Assembly: GCF_009914755.1 (NCBI RefSeq)
Contig: NC_060929.1
Reading direction: 5' to 3' (one strand)
Length of the DNA stretch: 64,000 nt
Source: the human T2T-CHM13v2.0 reference genome, Homo sapiens
Within the stretch, counting starts at the first letter, position 1, and each line of letters begins with the position of its first letter. A model generated the notes under the pieces. That model did no database searches. It saw only the letters and a program-made list of their open reading frames with translations, and had not been told where the DNA came from. Below, in pieces: positions 25,590 through 38,462 of this stretch. Made by a program: the position numbers and the translations under genes.

Positions 25590-26030
25590 CATGCAAACCT
25601 GTGACAAATTTACAAATGGTGGTAGAAGATATGAGACTCCTTGGTCAGAAACAAAGGATTTTAATATTCACAGCAATAGGATTAGCCATAGTAACAGCAT
25701 TGTGTTGCACAGTTCACCAAACCTTAATTTTTAGAAAGTAAAGGGAAGGGAACCACTGGACAATTGCACACACGGTGGACCACTTTGGGAAAAGGATTTT
25801 TATAATGGGCAGTAAATATGCATATCCACTGCTCCAGATGGAGACATTATCTCTATATTCCATAGCTGTTTACTCTAAAAATATCCTTGAAGATGTAGTT
25901 TGGAACAGGGTGGTCAGTGCCTCTATTTGCAATACATATATGAGACAGCTTAAGGATGTCTCTTCCCCTAACAGGTGGATGCTACTATTCTCATCAGCAG
26001 TACTGAATACCAAAATGCTAGGATACAATA
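25590..26030 (-). mobile_element. Old ERVL-class LTR (LTR40/41-like; family uncertain)
   Basis: Contains GGTCAGAAACAAAGGATTTTAATATTCACAGCAATAG and TTTATAATGGGCAGTAAA...GGAGACATTATCTCT motifs. Confidence 0.45.
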
Positions 26031-28303
26031 TCTTAAAAATATTTTTAACCCAGTATTTAATTTCCAACAAAACTCAAAAAAGCTAGTGGGAAGGCAGAAT
26101 AGCGGTTTCTTTTTCGGTCATGAATAAAACCACAAATTTACTTCTAATATAACAAATTCTTAAGATGAGTTTAATCATCAACTATCATTACAGGAAGCAA
26201 GTAATTGATGTTTAAAACTGAAAAATCAAGAGCACTATAAATATATCATTTAAGAATAAAGAAATAGGTGCCAAGAAAATCTTAACAATTTGGAATTAAT
26301 TGCATTTTGAAAGTGAATATGGGGGTTTGGCAGGTATATGTAGTTATAGGTACAATACAGATACAGATAGAGATAAAGATATAGATGTAGAAATAATATG
26401 GATGTTTACGTGGACATGAATGTGTATGTGGACATGTTTGTGGACAAGTTCATATATACATACATGTATGTGTGGCTGTGCCAGTGAATGTTTTGCAAAT
26501 TTCAATTTTTTTAATGCTATAGATTTTCTTAATCTCATTTTTTAAATATTTTATGTGATTAGCCTATTATGTTTTATGTTTTATCTATCCTGAGAATGTA
26601 TGTTCCCTGAAGGAAGATCTTTGAAATACCTTAAGAACATAGAACATGAAATGAGTACTTGTAGAATCACTAAATTCAGCAACCAAGACAGGTAAGATGG
26701 TAGGTCAAATATTACATGGAAGATTACTCGTATTTGGAGCTTTTAAGAAATACAAATGTCCTAGACTGTCTATAACACTAATAGATAATATAAACATTAA
26801 ATGATTGTCATTAAGAAGTCATCAGTAATAGAATTCTTAAATAGTAAGCCTAAGGGGAACACTCAAGAAAGAAAAAAACTTTCTAAAGTCACTGCTTGGT
26901 AAATAAAAATATTCTTTTGGAACAGAAAAAATAAATTGTGAGATGCTAATAACTGATTAAAAACATTTTAGCTTTCAGCGTATGTATTTTTGAATGATCT
27001 TTTTTCAGTAGGAGCAAGGCATAATTAAACCTAAAGAATACAAGGTAATAATAAAGTTCCTAAGATGTGATGACACAGATACTCGTTAATGAGCTGTAGA
27101 AAATTTTGCTTATGACAGTGCGTGTGATGGTGATAATAAATGAATGTCATCAAGTGGCACCTAATTAGCGTGATTAAACAACTTTAGTACTCACCAGATA
27201 ATTCATTGAATCAATGTGCTTCTATTTATACATAGAACATGTTTTTCATTTGGGATCAATGTCTTGCCTCTAAAGCACCTTTCGTAGAGCTCTTTCCTTG
27301 TTTTTACTCTCACGTATCTGACCGGTCTGCTATCAGGCAGCTTGCCTGTATAAGCATGAATGACCTTGGAAATTATGTGGCACCCTGCAAAGCATTTGAT
27401 GGGACTCTTCACAGTGAATTTGATGAGACTGAATATCAGGAGCTCTAGCATAGTCTGAAACCCAAGCCGTATTCACTTTCCCTTAAATAGCCTTAGACAA
27501 CTTAAATGAACTTGAAGATTCTAGAGTGAATACATGCAAAAGTGAATGCATATATCACATCACTAGAAAAATTTCTTTGTGGAAAAAGGTCACGAGTTGT
27601 AAATTAAGACTTAGGCTAAACATTCATTAATAACAAGTACAACTCAAATCCCATTATATAGTTCTATGTTGGCATTTATAGAAGCAACTTTGCATAATAG
27701 ATAAGGGTAATTTATGTGCATCAAATTTAATAAAATTATGTGATATTATTCTGCAAATGATGAATAATTATATAGTCGTATGTATTCCTCAAGTTTATCA
27801 TATGTTCAATATCAAACTTATTTATGCACCTAAATTTCACAAAGGCACGTTTTAAAAATTTGCATATCTTTAATCCTAACATTTTTATACAAAAATGTTT
27901 CTTTTTTGTAAAGTTGTTACATTATTTACTTAACAAAGGAACATATTTTAAAAATTAAATTTGAATCTGTAACTATTAGCACAAGTTGAACCTAGGGAAA
28001 GAAAATAAGACAATAATTCTGGTCTTTTAGGAGTCATGTGTCATGTATGCTCACTTTCTTCAACTAGAAAATTAAAATCTAAGTCTGTTTGTTGCCAGGG
28101 TTATTTATGAGAGTCAATTAGCCATGGCTAAATACCTTTAAAATTTTTAATTTGCTAAGTATAATGCACTTATTTATTTTGGGAGATAAAAAATAAGTTT
28201 GAATGTAGCACTCTACTGAGTTCAGTGTTGGGCAAGTAAAGCCTGATTATATGTAAGCTCTACCTTTGATATAAACATTTTTGTTTTCTGAATTTAAATT
28301 TGA

Positions 28304-28517
28304 TTCCTCTCCAGTGAACATTCATGTTATAGAAGATTGAAATTTTGTTCTCCCAAATATTGAAAATATTTTGACACCAAGAAGAAGACAGCATATCTGA
28401 ATGGAAAGAGCCAGAGAGTTCGAGTAGAGGAACTTCATAACTTGTTTGCTCCATACAATATGTGACACAACTTCTCAACCTATAATTTGGGAGAATAACA
28501 TTTATTATCAAAAGTTT
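28304..28517 (+). repeat. Copy 1 of a ~214-bp dispersed direct duplication
   Basis: Aligns essentially without gaps to 30498-30712. Confidence 0.9.
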
Positions 28518-29046
28518 TCTTTAATTAAAAATTAAATGAAATAAACATGGAGACAACCTGTCTTATGATGGAGGTACCTGTCATAATAAATGATGACTGA
28601 GCCTGAATTCTCTGTTTCTTAACTGCATACATACATACATTTAGTTATTTGAAACAAAAACATCTGGCTTGACCTCTTCAAATTAGACTTTACTTCCCAT
28701 TTTAGGCTTTAAAAAATAGTTACAAATACAATAAGAACACTTATTTGATTAAGTCAAGGGATAGATTCTAAAGCTCTAGGATCATAACTAGCTACATCTG
28801 GCAGCTACCAATGTTCTAATTCATTCCCTATCTAGTCTAGTTCTTTATTATTCTTTCTGAAATATGACCAGTGGTATTCAAAATAGCCCTGTTATTATTC
28901 CTTTTTTGTTATGCTCTTCTAGTTAATTAGATGATTTTCCAATTTTCTCAGTAATACTAAAATGATAAGATTGCTTTAGGGTTTCTAAGATTTTTTTAGA
29001 AGGACTAAAACCATGTAAATTAATAAGACTAGTAAGATGATACTTT

Positions 29047-30010
29047 AGGCACAATGTCCAATATATGTGAGCCATATATGTAAATTTTCTAGTGTTCATA
29101 TTTGAAAAGTAAAAAGAATTATGTGATAGCAATATTAATAATATATTTTATTTAATCCTATATGTAAATTTATTATAATTTAACCATAAAATCCATACTA
29201 AGTCTATTAAAAGGATTACTTTACCCTATTCTTTGAAATCCAGTATTTTACCATTGTAATAGCTTTCAGTTGAGACTAGCCATATTTCTGATACTCAAAA
29301 AACACCTGTGGGGTGCTGGAGAGGATGTGGAGAAATAGGAACACTTTTACACTGTTGGTGGGACTGTAAACGAGTTCAACCATTGTGGAAGTCAGTGTGG
29401 CGATTCCTCAGGGATCTAGAACTAGAAATACCATTTGACCCAGCCATCCCATTACTGGGTATATACCCAAAGGAATATAAAACATGCTGCTATAAAGACA
29501 CATGCACATGTATGTTTATTGTGGCACTATTCACAATAGCAAAGACTTGGAACCAACCCACATGTCCAACAATGATAGACTGGATTAAGAAAATGTGGCA
29601 CATATACCCCATGGAACACTATGCAGCCATAAAAAATGATGAGTTCATGTCCTTTGTAGGGACATGGATGAAGCTGGAAACCATCATTCTCAGCAAACTA
29701 TCGCAAGGACAAAAAACCAAACACCGCATGTTCTCACTCATAGGTGGGAATTGAACAATGAAAACACATGGACACAGGAAGGGGAACATCACACTCCGGG
29801 GCCTGTTGTTGGGTGTGGGGAGGGGAGAGGGATAGCATTAGGAGATATACCTGATGTTAAATGACCAGTTAATGGGTGCAGCACACCAACATGGCACATG
29901 TATACATATGTAACAAACCTGCACGTTGTGCACATGTACCCTAAAACTTAAAGTATAATTAAAAAAAAAAAAAAAAAAAACACCTGTGGCTACTAGATAC
30001 CATAGTGTTA
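29047..30010. mobile_element. MER33 hAT-Charlie element, split by L1PA
   Basis: Runs TGTCCAATATATGTGAGCCATATATGTAAATTTTCTAG...ACTAGCCATATTTC...CACCTGTGG|CTACTAGATACC. Confidence 0.75.
29312..29974 (+). mobile_element. 5'-truncated L1PA3/L1PA4 (ORF2 C-terminus, 3' UTR, poly-A)
   Basis: ORF 29308-29754 is the ORF2p Cys-rich end (CWRGCGEIGTLLHCWWDC...MFSLIGGN*). It has an L1PA3/4-type 3' UTR, an A20 tail and a perfect 15-bp TSD AAAAAACACCTGTGG (29297-29311 / 29975-29989). Confidence 0.95.
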
Positions 30011-30497
30011 GCTTATTGTGGATGATAAAATATCTGAGATTCTATGGCTTTTAGTTTATTTTATCTACTTTTTATTAATTTATTTTAGTGAAAGTGCACT
30101 TAAATATGTGATTACATGGCATGCCTATAGCTACAGAAATTCTCTGGGGATTAGAGGCATAGCTAGGATTCATTAACTGCTATCTTGAAGAAACATTTAA
30201 ATATCCTTACTTAGATATGCCTATTGTATGGCTTTATTATTTTATATTTTAATGAATCTTATGAGCTTAACTTGAGCTACAGAAGCATGACAAAAATCTT
30301 GAGATATTTAGAAGAGATTAGTTGTTTCCACATTTCCTCTAACTATGGCCTTATTGGATCCTAGCACAAGTGTAAGGCAATGGAGTATACTGTTTCCTAT
30401 AATCTGCATTTTAAAAATACAGGAGGTCTCCATCATGTGGTTGTAGGTACCATGGCCTTATATTAGACTGGGTCAATGAAACTCTTTGACTAAAACG

Positions 30498-30712
30498 TTC
30501 CTTTCCAGGGGACATTCCTGTTATGAAAGATTGAAATTTTGTTTTCCCAAATATTGAAAATATTTTGTCCCCCAGAAGAAGACAATGTATCTGAATGGAA
30601 AGAGCCAGAGAATTAGAGTAGAGCAACTTCACAAGTTGTTTGCTCTATACAATATGTGATGCAACTTCTCAACCTACAATTTGAGAAGAGTAATGTTTAT
30701 TATCAAAAGTTT
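30498..30712 (+). repeat. Copy 2 of the ~214-bp dispersed direct duplication
   Basis: Aligns to 28304-28517. Confidence 0.9.
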
Positions 30713-30799
30713 AGTTTTAAGTTTATTAAAAGTCCAAGTCCAACATATGAAGTAAATATTTTACATTTAAAGTTAATTGACTCGTGTAGTTTTTATCCT

Positions 30800-31600
30800 A
30801 CTTGACTTACTGAAAATATTGACCTGCCTGGCTACTCCATTCTTGATGAAATGCTCTCCTTGGCTTTCATGGTACTGTGTTGCCTTTCTTCTTAGGTCTC
30901 TGGTGTTTCTTTGGTATTTTTTATACTTGCTCCTCTTTTCTGACCTTAAATATTAGTATAAACTTAATCATCTTTCTTTTTTCATTTTAAAGTTTTGGGT
31001 AATGATTTATATTCAGGCTTCAACAATACCAATATCTACATTTCCAATTCAGATTTGAAAATGCATACTCATATATGCAAATGCCCAATGGATAGCTCTA
31101 CTTTAATACCTTACTGGTTCTTAAATATAAATGTGATTAAAACTTACTCCATCATTGCTTACCTCAGTCAATAACAAGACCCTCTTTGTGTCTATGAGTT
31201 GCCCATACTGGAAACCTATGAATCATTTTTGACTCATTTTGATTCTTTTCTGGAAACCACATATTCATATGCCAAGCCCAATAAAATAATAATTATTGAG
31301 CCTCATAATTATCAGTTATTGACATCAGATTTTTCCACCCATCTAGCTACATTTTTCCGGCAGTGTTCTCTTTCTCCACATAAACTATTTCAAACATGTC
31401 TTATTAACTGGCCTTTTACTTCTGGGCTATCCTATATGATCTTCTTGTCTTTCATTTTGATGAGCTCCTGTCTGTTCTCCAGAATTCAGGCATAACTGGA
31501 AAACTAAATGCAAATGTGGTTATGACACTCTCTTTACCTGCATAACACCAATAGTTGGGATTTAACTTCGATGCCACTTCTTTCAATAATTGAAGGGCCT
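30800..31600 (+). mobile_element. L2 fragment
   Basis: Degenerate L2 motifs: CTCCATTCTTGATGAAATGCTCTCCTTGGCTTTCATGG; ACCTTAAATATT; TCATATATGCAAATGCCCAATGGATAGCTCTACTT. Confidence 0.6.
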
Positions 31601-31707
31601 GAGCTTCAATTTATTTTACTAAAGCATTAGTAGTAGTGTAAGTTGTATTATGTATTCCGTCCAGAGAAAGCAGAGAGATAGATTGATGTTGTTTCACTCT
31701 TTCCCTC

Positions 31708-34078
31708 TGCATTAGTTTATTCTCACACTGCTATAAAGAACTACCCAAAACTGGATAATTTATGAAGAAAAGAGGTTTAATTGACTCACAGTTCTGTAGG
31801 CTGTACAAGAAGCATGACTGAGAGGCCTCAGGAAACTTACAATCATCACAGAAGGTGAAAGGGAAGAAAACACATCTTCACGTGGTGGCAAGAGAGAGAG
31901 AGAGAAGGGGGAGGAACTACACACTTTCAAAACAACCAGATCTCATGAGAACTCATTCATTAACACAAGCACAGCAATGGGGGAGTTTTCACCCGTGATT
32001 GAGTCATCTCCCACCTGGCCCCTCATACAACACATGGGGATTACAATTTGACATGAGATTTGGGTAGGGACATAGAGCCAAACTGTATCATTCCACCCTT
32101 GGCTCCTCCCAAATCTCATGTCCTCCCCACATTTCAAAACACAAGTATGCCTTCCCCAAAGCCCCTCAAAGTCTTAACTCATTCCAGCATTAACTTAAAA
32201 GTCCAAGTCCAAAGTGTCATGTGAGACAAGGCAAATCCTTCCACCTATGAGCCTGTAAAACCACAAGTAAGTTACTTCCAAGACACAATAGGGGTACGAG
32301 CATTGGGTGAATGCTCCCATTCCAAAAGGCAGAAACTGGCCAAAACCAAGGGGCTACAGGCCCCATGCAAGTCTGAAACCCAGCAGGGCAGTCACTACAT
32401 CTTAAAGCTACTCTTCTTTGACTCCGTGTCTCAAATTCAAGCTGCACTGATGCAAGGGGTGAGCTCCCAAGACCTTTGATAGCTTGGCCTCTGTGGCTCT
32501 GCAGGGTACAGCTCCAGCTGCTCCTTTCATGAGCTGGCATTGAGTGTCTGTGGCTTTTCTAGGTGCATGATGCAAGCTGTAGGTTCACATACCGTTCCGG
32601 AGTCTGGAGGATGGTGGCTCTCTTGTTACAGCTCCACTAGGCAGTGCCCCACTAGGGACTCTACGGGGGGTCTCCAACCCAACATTTCCTCTCCATACTG
32701 TCCTAATAGAGGTTCTCCATGAGAGCTATATCCCTGCAGCCGACTTCTGCCTTGACATCTAGGCATTTCCCTATATCCTCTGAAATCTAGGCAGAGGCTT
32801 GAAAATCTCAAGTTTAGCCTTCTGCGCACCCACAAGCTAAAACACCATGTGGAAGGCACCATCCTTGCACCTTCTGAAGCAACAGCCCAAGCTGTATCTT
32901 GGCCCCTTTTAGCCATGGCTGGAACTAGAGCAGCTGGGACACAGCGCACCATGTCCCAAAGCTGCACAGAGCACTAGGGCTCTGGACTTGGCCCACAAAA
33001 CTATTTTTTCCCTCCTATGCTGCCAGGCCTGTGATGGGAAGGGCTGTCATGAAAGTCTTTGAAATGCCCTGGAGGCATTTTCTCCATTGTCTTGGCTATT
33101 AACATTCAGTTCTTCTTTATTTATGCAAATTTCTGCAGCCTTGAAGTTCTCCCCAGAAAATGGGTTTTTCTTTTTTATAAGGTGGAGTTGCAATTGTTCC
33201 AAACTTTTATGCTCTGCCTCTCTTTTAAATGTAAATTCTAGTTTCAGGTCATTTCTGTGTTAATGCAATGATCTAGGCATTTAAAAGAAACCAGGCCTCC
33301 TCTTGACTGCTTTACTGCTTAGAAATTTCTTCTGCCAGATACCCTAAATCATGTCTCTCAAGTTCAAATTTCAACAGATCTATAGAGAAGGAGAACAATG
33401 TCACTAGTCTCTTTGTTAAAGTATAGGAAAAGTGACTTTTACTCTAGATCCCAATAAATTCCTTATCTCCTTCTAAGACCACCTCAGCCTGAACTTAATT
33501 GTTCATATCACTATAAGCATTTTTGTCTAAACCATTCCACAAGTCTCTAGGAAGTTCCAAACTTTTCCTTATTTCTCTGTCTGCTTCTGATCCTTCCAAA
33601 CTGTTTCAACCTCTGCCCATTACCCAGTTCCAAGATCACTTCCACCTTTTCAAGTAGCTTTATAGAAATGCCCCACTCCCAGTATCAATTTTCTGTATTA
33701 GTTCATTCTCACACTGCTACAAAAAACTACTGGAGACTGGATAATATATGAAGAAGAGAGGTTTCGTTGACTCACAATTCCACAGGCTGTAAAGGAAGCA
33801 TGGAAAGAAGGCCTCAGAAAACTTACAATCATGGCGGAAGGCCAAAGGGAAAGCAAACAGGTCTTCACATGGCAGCAGGAGAGAGAGAGAGAAGGGCAAA
33901 ACGTTACACACTTTTTTAAACAGCCGGATATCATGAGAACTCATTCACTATCACAAGAACAGCAAGGGGGAAATCCACCCCCAAGATCTGATCACCTCCC
34001 ACCAAGCCTGTCTTCCAACACATGGGGATCACAATTTGACAAGAGATTTTGGTGGAGACACAGAGCCAAACCATATCA
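31708..34078 (-). mobile_element. Complete MSTA MaLR element (3' LTR 31708-32090, internal 32091-33693, 5' LTR 33694-34078)
   Basis: Two MSTA-type LTRs (GAGGCCTCAGGAAACTTACAATCAT) flank a ~1.6-kb internal region homologous to THE1-int. Perfect TSD CCCTC (31703-31707 / 34079-34083). Confidence 0.93.
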
Positions 34079-34686
34079 CCCTCCCTGAAGATTAGGCTCA
34101 ATTCCACTCTTTGCTGATGCTTGTAATTTCTGAGACTCAGTAATCTTGCTTTCCCTTCTTTTCCCAGATTTTGTCTTTCCAACCTGCAGCTTAGTGAATG
34201 GTTTCCTTGCCCCATTCAGTGATGAATCCTTAGCAGATATACTGGCTCTCTTGTACCAACTTGGACTACTTGAGAGGAGAAAGAACCTTTGAAAGTATCT
34301 CTTCTGATGAAGCAAACAAGGTAGACCCCGTGGGAGTAATACTATGTGTGTCTGTGAGGATGGGTAACTATTTTATGCCCCCTTTCTGTGTAAACACAGT
34401 ACACTTCCATTTCACTCAGCGGTGACACAGATTCTCAACAAAACACCTTTTTACCTGAGTTCCAGTGGAAGTGCGGCACCAGCAACTTTCTATATTTTTA
34501 ACTACAACGTAATTGAATATTTTCTTTTTCAGATTATTTTCAACTACTTTAAATCTTTTTCCAGGTATGGTAAGAGAATTTCTTATTTTCACATTCTGAC
34601 TTGTGAGACCTTCACTTATATTATGTCTTATTTCTTCCTGGTGGACTATTTGTTTATATCACATTCTGCGACTCTTTTGAATCAAC

Positions 34687-35115
34687 TGTCAAAGCAAAAG
34701 TTGAACAGGACAAAGTTAAACAGTGAAAGAACACTCGCAGAAGGCTCCTATAATAGGGCTGAGAGGCCAGAACTCAGTCTGAGCTCAACTTTCATGAAAC
34801 AAGAAGCTGGAGTATTTTTAAGAGATGGGGTTTGAAGGATCATAGACCATGTGTATTGACTTTATGCAAGAAAGAAGAAAACTTTTTCTTATCTTCATGA
34901 CAGGAGGTGGCTTTATAACTCAGAACAAGGTGCCCACAAAGGTAGACTTCCACCCTCTCATAGAAACAGAGAGATGTGGGTACTTTTTGATGATGACATT
35001 TCAAAGCAATGGCTCTCAGATTCTTGTGAAAGAGATCCCTGTGTTTTAAGACTGTCAAAAAACCTTTTTTCCCCCCAATATTTACATCTCAAATAAGATG
35101 AGAAAGAATTTACAA
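34687..35115 (-). mobile_element. ERV1 LTR (MER67/MER31-like), partial
   Basis: Contains TGTCAAAGCAAAA...GAGGCCAGAACTCAGTCTGAGCTCAACT...GAGAAAGAATTTACAA. Confidence 0.55.
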
Positions 35116-35117
35116 CA

Positions 35118-35405
35118 TGTGAAAGCAAAATAGAATCCCAGTGTCCCAAACTCACTGTGCCAAAGAAACAATTAAGCTTGGGAACTGAGTCACCAATACT
35201 GTTTTTCTTTTATTCCCAAACAAGTAGCTGTAATTTCAGAACTCGTTGTTATAGCCTTATTTCCTCTCCTCTATCTTTTGACATTTACTTTATTTTATAT
35301 AAAATGTAGATTCAAGAGTAAGAGACTATGTACCAATATTTTCCTCTATTCCCCCTTTACACATGTAAATTGTAGATTTACCGAAGCTAATAAGACTCAC
35401 GAAAG
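35118..35405 (+). mobile_element. MER4-group ERV1 LTR 5' part (LTR54/MER4-like)
   Basis: Contains TGTGAAAGCAAAATAG...CCAAACTCACTGTGCCAAAG...TTAAGCTTGGGAACTGAGTCAC. Confidence 0.6.
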
Positions 35406-35412
35406 CTAAAGT

Positions 35413-36020
35413 TGTAGGAGCAGATAGGTGGTAATTCGTTTACTTTTCATCATAAAGGGTCTAAAACAGCACCCCTATAACAGAAGACAGGTTAACAAGA
35501 GAAAAACATAACACAATTATTGCATGCACATATGTGCACGCCAATATGGAAGTCATACAAAACATTAAAACTTAAGAACAGGGCCAGATGGTTGATGCTT
35601 GAATGCCCTTTTAATTGGGGAGAAGGTAGTGGGGGAGCAGGAGCAAAAGATTTTTAGGGAAAATAAATGGATCTGGAGACCAAGATTAAGTTGTAAATAT
35701 TTCTCTTTAGAATGTGAATGAGGCTTTGAGGCAGACGTTATCTTGTGAAATGTCCAGGTATGGTTGCATTCCTCAATTTTCTTTTCTAAGATAGATAATA
35801 AGATATCAGGAAGGGGATGGAAGGCAATTTTGTTCCTTTTTGGGCATCTGGTTTCTAGGTAGATAGTGAACTTCATACAACAGCCTCATCTTGTCCTTTG
35901 GGAGAGATAGAAGACTGAGAAACAGAGCAGGTAAGAAGAAGATCACACAGGCCTTGCAGCTGCTTCTACAGTTACGAAGTCAATGCACTGTATTTTGGGG
36001 TATTGGTTTCTGGCCCCCAG
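35413..36020 (-). mobile_element. ERV1 MER4-group LTR (family not resolved)
   Basis: Contains CCCTATAACAGAAGACAGGTTAACAAGAGAAAA, and TATTTTGGGGTATTGGTTTCTG near the end. Confidence 0.5.
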
Positions 36021-36262
36021 CCCTATCTTGGTTACCATAAGTCTTAGATTTTGATACATAAGGAAAAAATGGAAATTGAGAACATTTGTCTCTCTCTGAA
36101 AAAAACTTTTCCTTCCATATCTTATACTGAACCAACAGCAACAACAGCAGAAAGATATTTTTTTCTTTCTGTTGTTGTCCTACGTTAACAATGCAATTTC
36201 AAAGTCAGTGAACAGATGGCGAGACAGGAATCATACAAAAAAAGACAGAAAGAAAAAAGATG

Positions 36263-36570
36263 GGGCACTTTGGCGGCCCATGCCCATAATCCCGGCACTT
36301 TGAGAATTGCTTGATGTCAGGAGTTTGGGACCCACCTGGGCAACTTAGTAAGACTCCATCTTTACAAAATAAAACAAAAACGAAAACAAAAACTCAGATA
36401 TAGTGGCAAGTGCCCATAGTCCCACTACTCCAGCTACTTGGGAGGCTAATGTGGGAGAATGGCTCGAAACCAGGACTTCAAGGCTGCAGTAAGCTATGAT
36501 CACCACTACAATTCAACCTGGACAACAAACCAAAACCCTGTCATGCACACACACACACACACACACACAG
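36263..36570 (+). mobile_element. AluJ with (CA)n tail
   Basis: Diverged dimer with J-type TTCAAGGCTGCAGTAAGCTATGATC and (CA)n at ~36546-36569. Confidence 0.85.
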
Positions 36571-36669
36571 AGGCAGGAAAAAAAGAATAAAAGAGGGAAG
36601 GATAGGAAATAGTGTGGTTTAAAAGAGGTATCTACTTACAGAAGTCGTAAAGTATTATCCACAGAACTT

Positions 36670-36820
36670 ACTGACTGATTGCAATTGCCTGTTTAATAAT
36701 TTCCCTTCTAATGTTGATGTTGAAATCTATAAGGGCCAGACCTATTTTGTCCATCATTTTTCAACTAACCTAGGGTCTGAAATATAGCAGCTGCTTCATA
36801 AATGTTAATGAATGAGTGAA
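36670..36820 (+). mobile_element. L2 3' end
   Basis: ...CTATAAGGGCCAGACCTATTTTGTCC...ATAAATGTTAATGAATGAGTGAA. Confidence 0.65.
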
Positions 36821-37361
36821 ACTAATAGAAAACTCCTGATAGGAAGTAAAATATTAGATACTTGTTTTAGACATATATGGAAATTTAAAAGCTTTCTTCC
36901 CTCTCTACCTAGTTTTTTTTTCAACTACAATTTAAATATAAGGCTTATTTGGATAAATATTTTTTTTCTCTGAAATACCAGAACTCTGCCAGCTTTCCAT
37001 TTATTTTTAAATTTTAATTTGTTCTTAGTCCCCATTTCATGACAGATTGTTTGACAATATCTCTGACAAAGTAGAGTAATCAATAATCTCACAGCGCCAA
37101 ACACGGCTAGTTTGTGAGGACAGTCTGTCTCTCTTATTTCTGATTTTTAAACAATTTTTTAGCACATCTGCTGAATTACAACACGAAGAAAACCTAACGT
37201 CGTCTTCCTTGAATGGCTGAATCTGAGATAGCAACTTGAAAAAAAGAGCTACACGTTTAAAGCATGAACTATTCTAATTAGGTGTGTAGTAGGGATTGTA
37301 TTACATCCACAAGGAAATATCCACACAAATACTGATCAATGATAAGCACTCTTTTAAAATT

Positions 37362-37548
37362 AAGATTGACAGATTTAACAAATAGAAATCCAGGACACCG
37401 AGTTAAAGTTATTTTTCAGATGAACAATAAATAATATGTTAGTATATGTCATGAAGCCTTTATGATTCTTTTATTTTGGAATATTATCTTGCTTTTATCT
37501 GAAATTCAAATTCAACTGAGTGTCTTGTATTTTCTCTGGCAATGTTAC
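37362..37548. mobile_element. MER53 palindromic hAT MITE
   Basis: Arms CAGATTTAACAAATAGAAATCCAGGACACCGAGTTAAA..TTTCAGAT and ATCTGAAATTCAAATTCAACTGAGTGTCTTGTATTTTCTCTGGCAA are inverted repeats. Confidence 0.85.
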
Positions 37549-38097
37549 TTAGGATGGATCTTCAGGAAACCAGTCTTTTGTGATGCGATTCAGGAGATTC
37601 AGCACGAGAGTAAAACTTTGACACTCAAACTTGCAGCCCACTTTGATCCAGTAATACGGAAAAGAATCAGTTTGAAAATTCAGAGAAAAAAGATAAGTAC
37701 TTTTTTTTTGAATATCTTTTTTCTACATTAAGTATTTTTAATTGCATTACATTAATCATTTTTCTGATAGTAAATGTTTCTAGGAGTGCTGATTATCCAT
37801 CATTCTTCAGTTTGTACTGAATTCAATTTAAGAAGTTGTGGAGGCTGTTGGATTATTCAATATAGTCTGAAAAATGCTGCTGTTTTATTCTGATTCATGC
37901 AATATACAATTGATCATCCCTCTATAAGAAATGAATTTTCCATAATGCTTTTTTATTCTCTTTTCAGTGTGCTCAACATATTCTTGAGAAATCTAATATT
38001 TCATGGCAAAATAATTATTTACATCACAGAAATATGCATTTTTCATTAGCTGTAGAAGAACAAAACATATGACAACTATTAAAAATAATATACTTTT

Positions 38098-38462
<365 letters not shown>

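Noticed and set aside
29308-29754. 148-aa ORF with a Cys-rich motif
   Set aside because: It is the L1 ORF2p C-terminus in a 5'-truncated copy, and the start is a non-ATG codon in the TSD.
28260-30632. Minus-strand ORFs over both copies of the 214-bp duplication as duplicated exons
   Set aside because: The two ORFs use different reading frames and have no conserved peptide and no clear splice sites.
34422-34835. 137-aa ORF
   Set aside because: It has a non-ATG start and low-complexity F/Y/I-rich composition, runs into an LTR, and has no recognisable domain.
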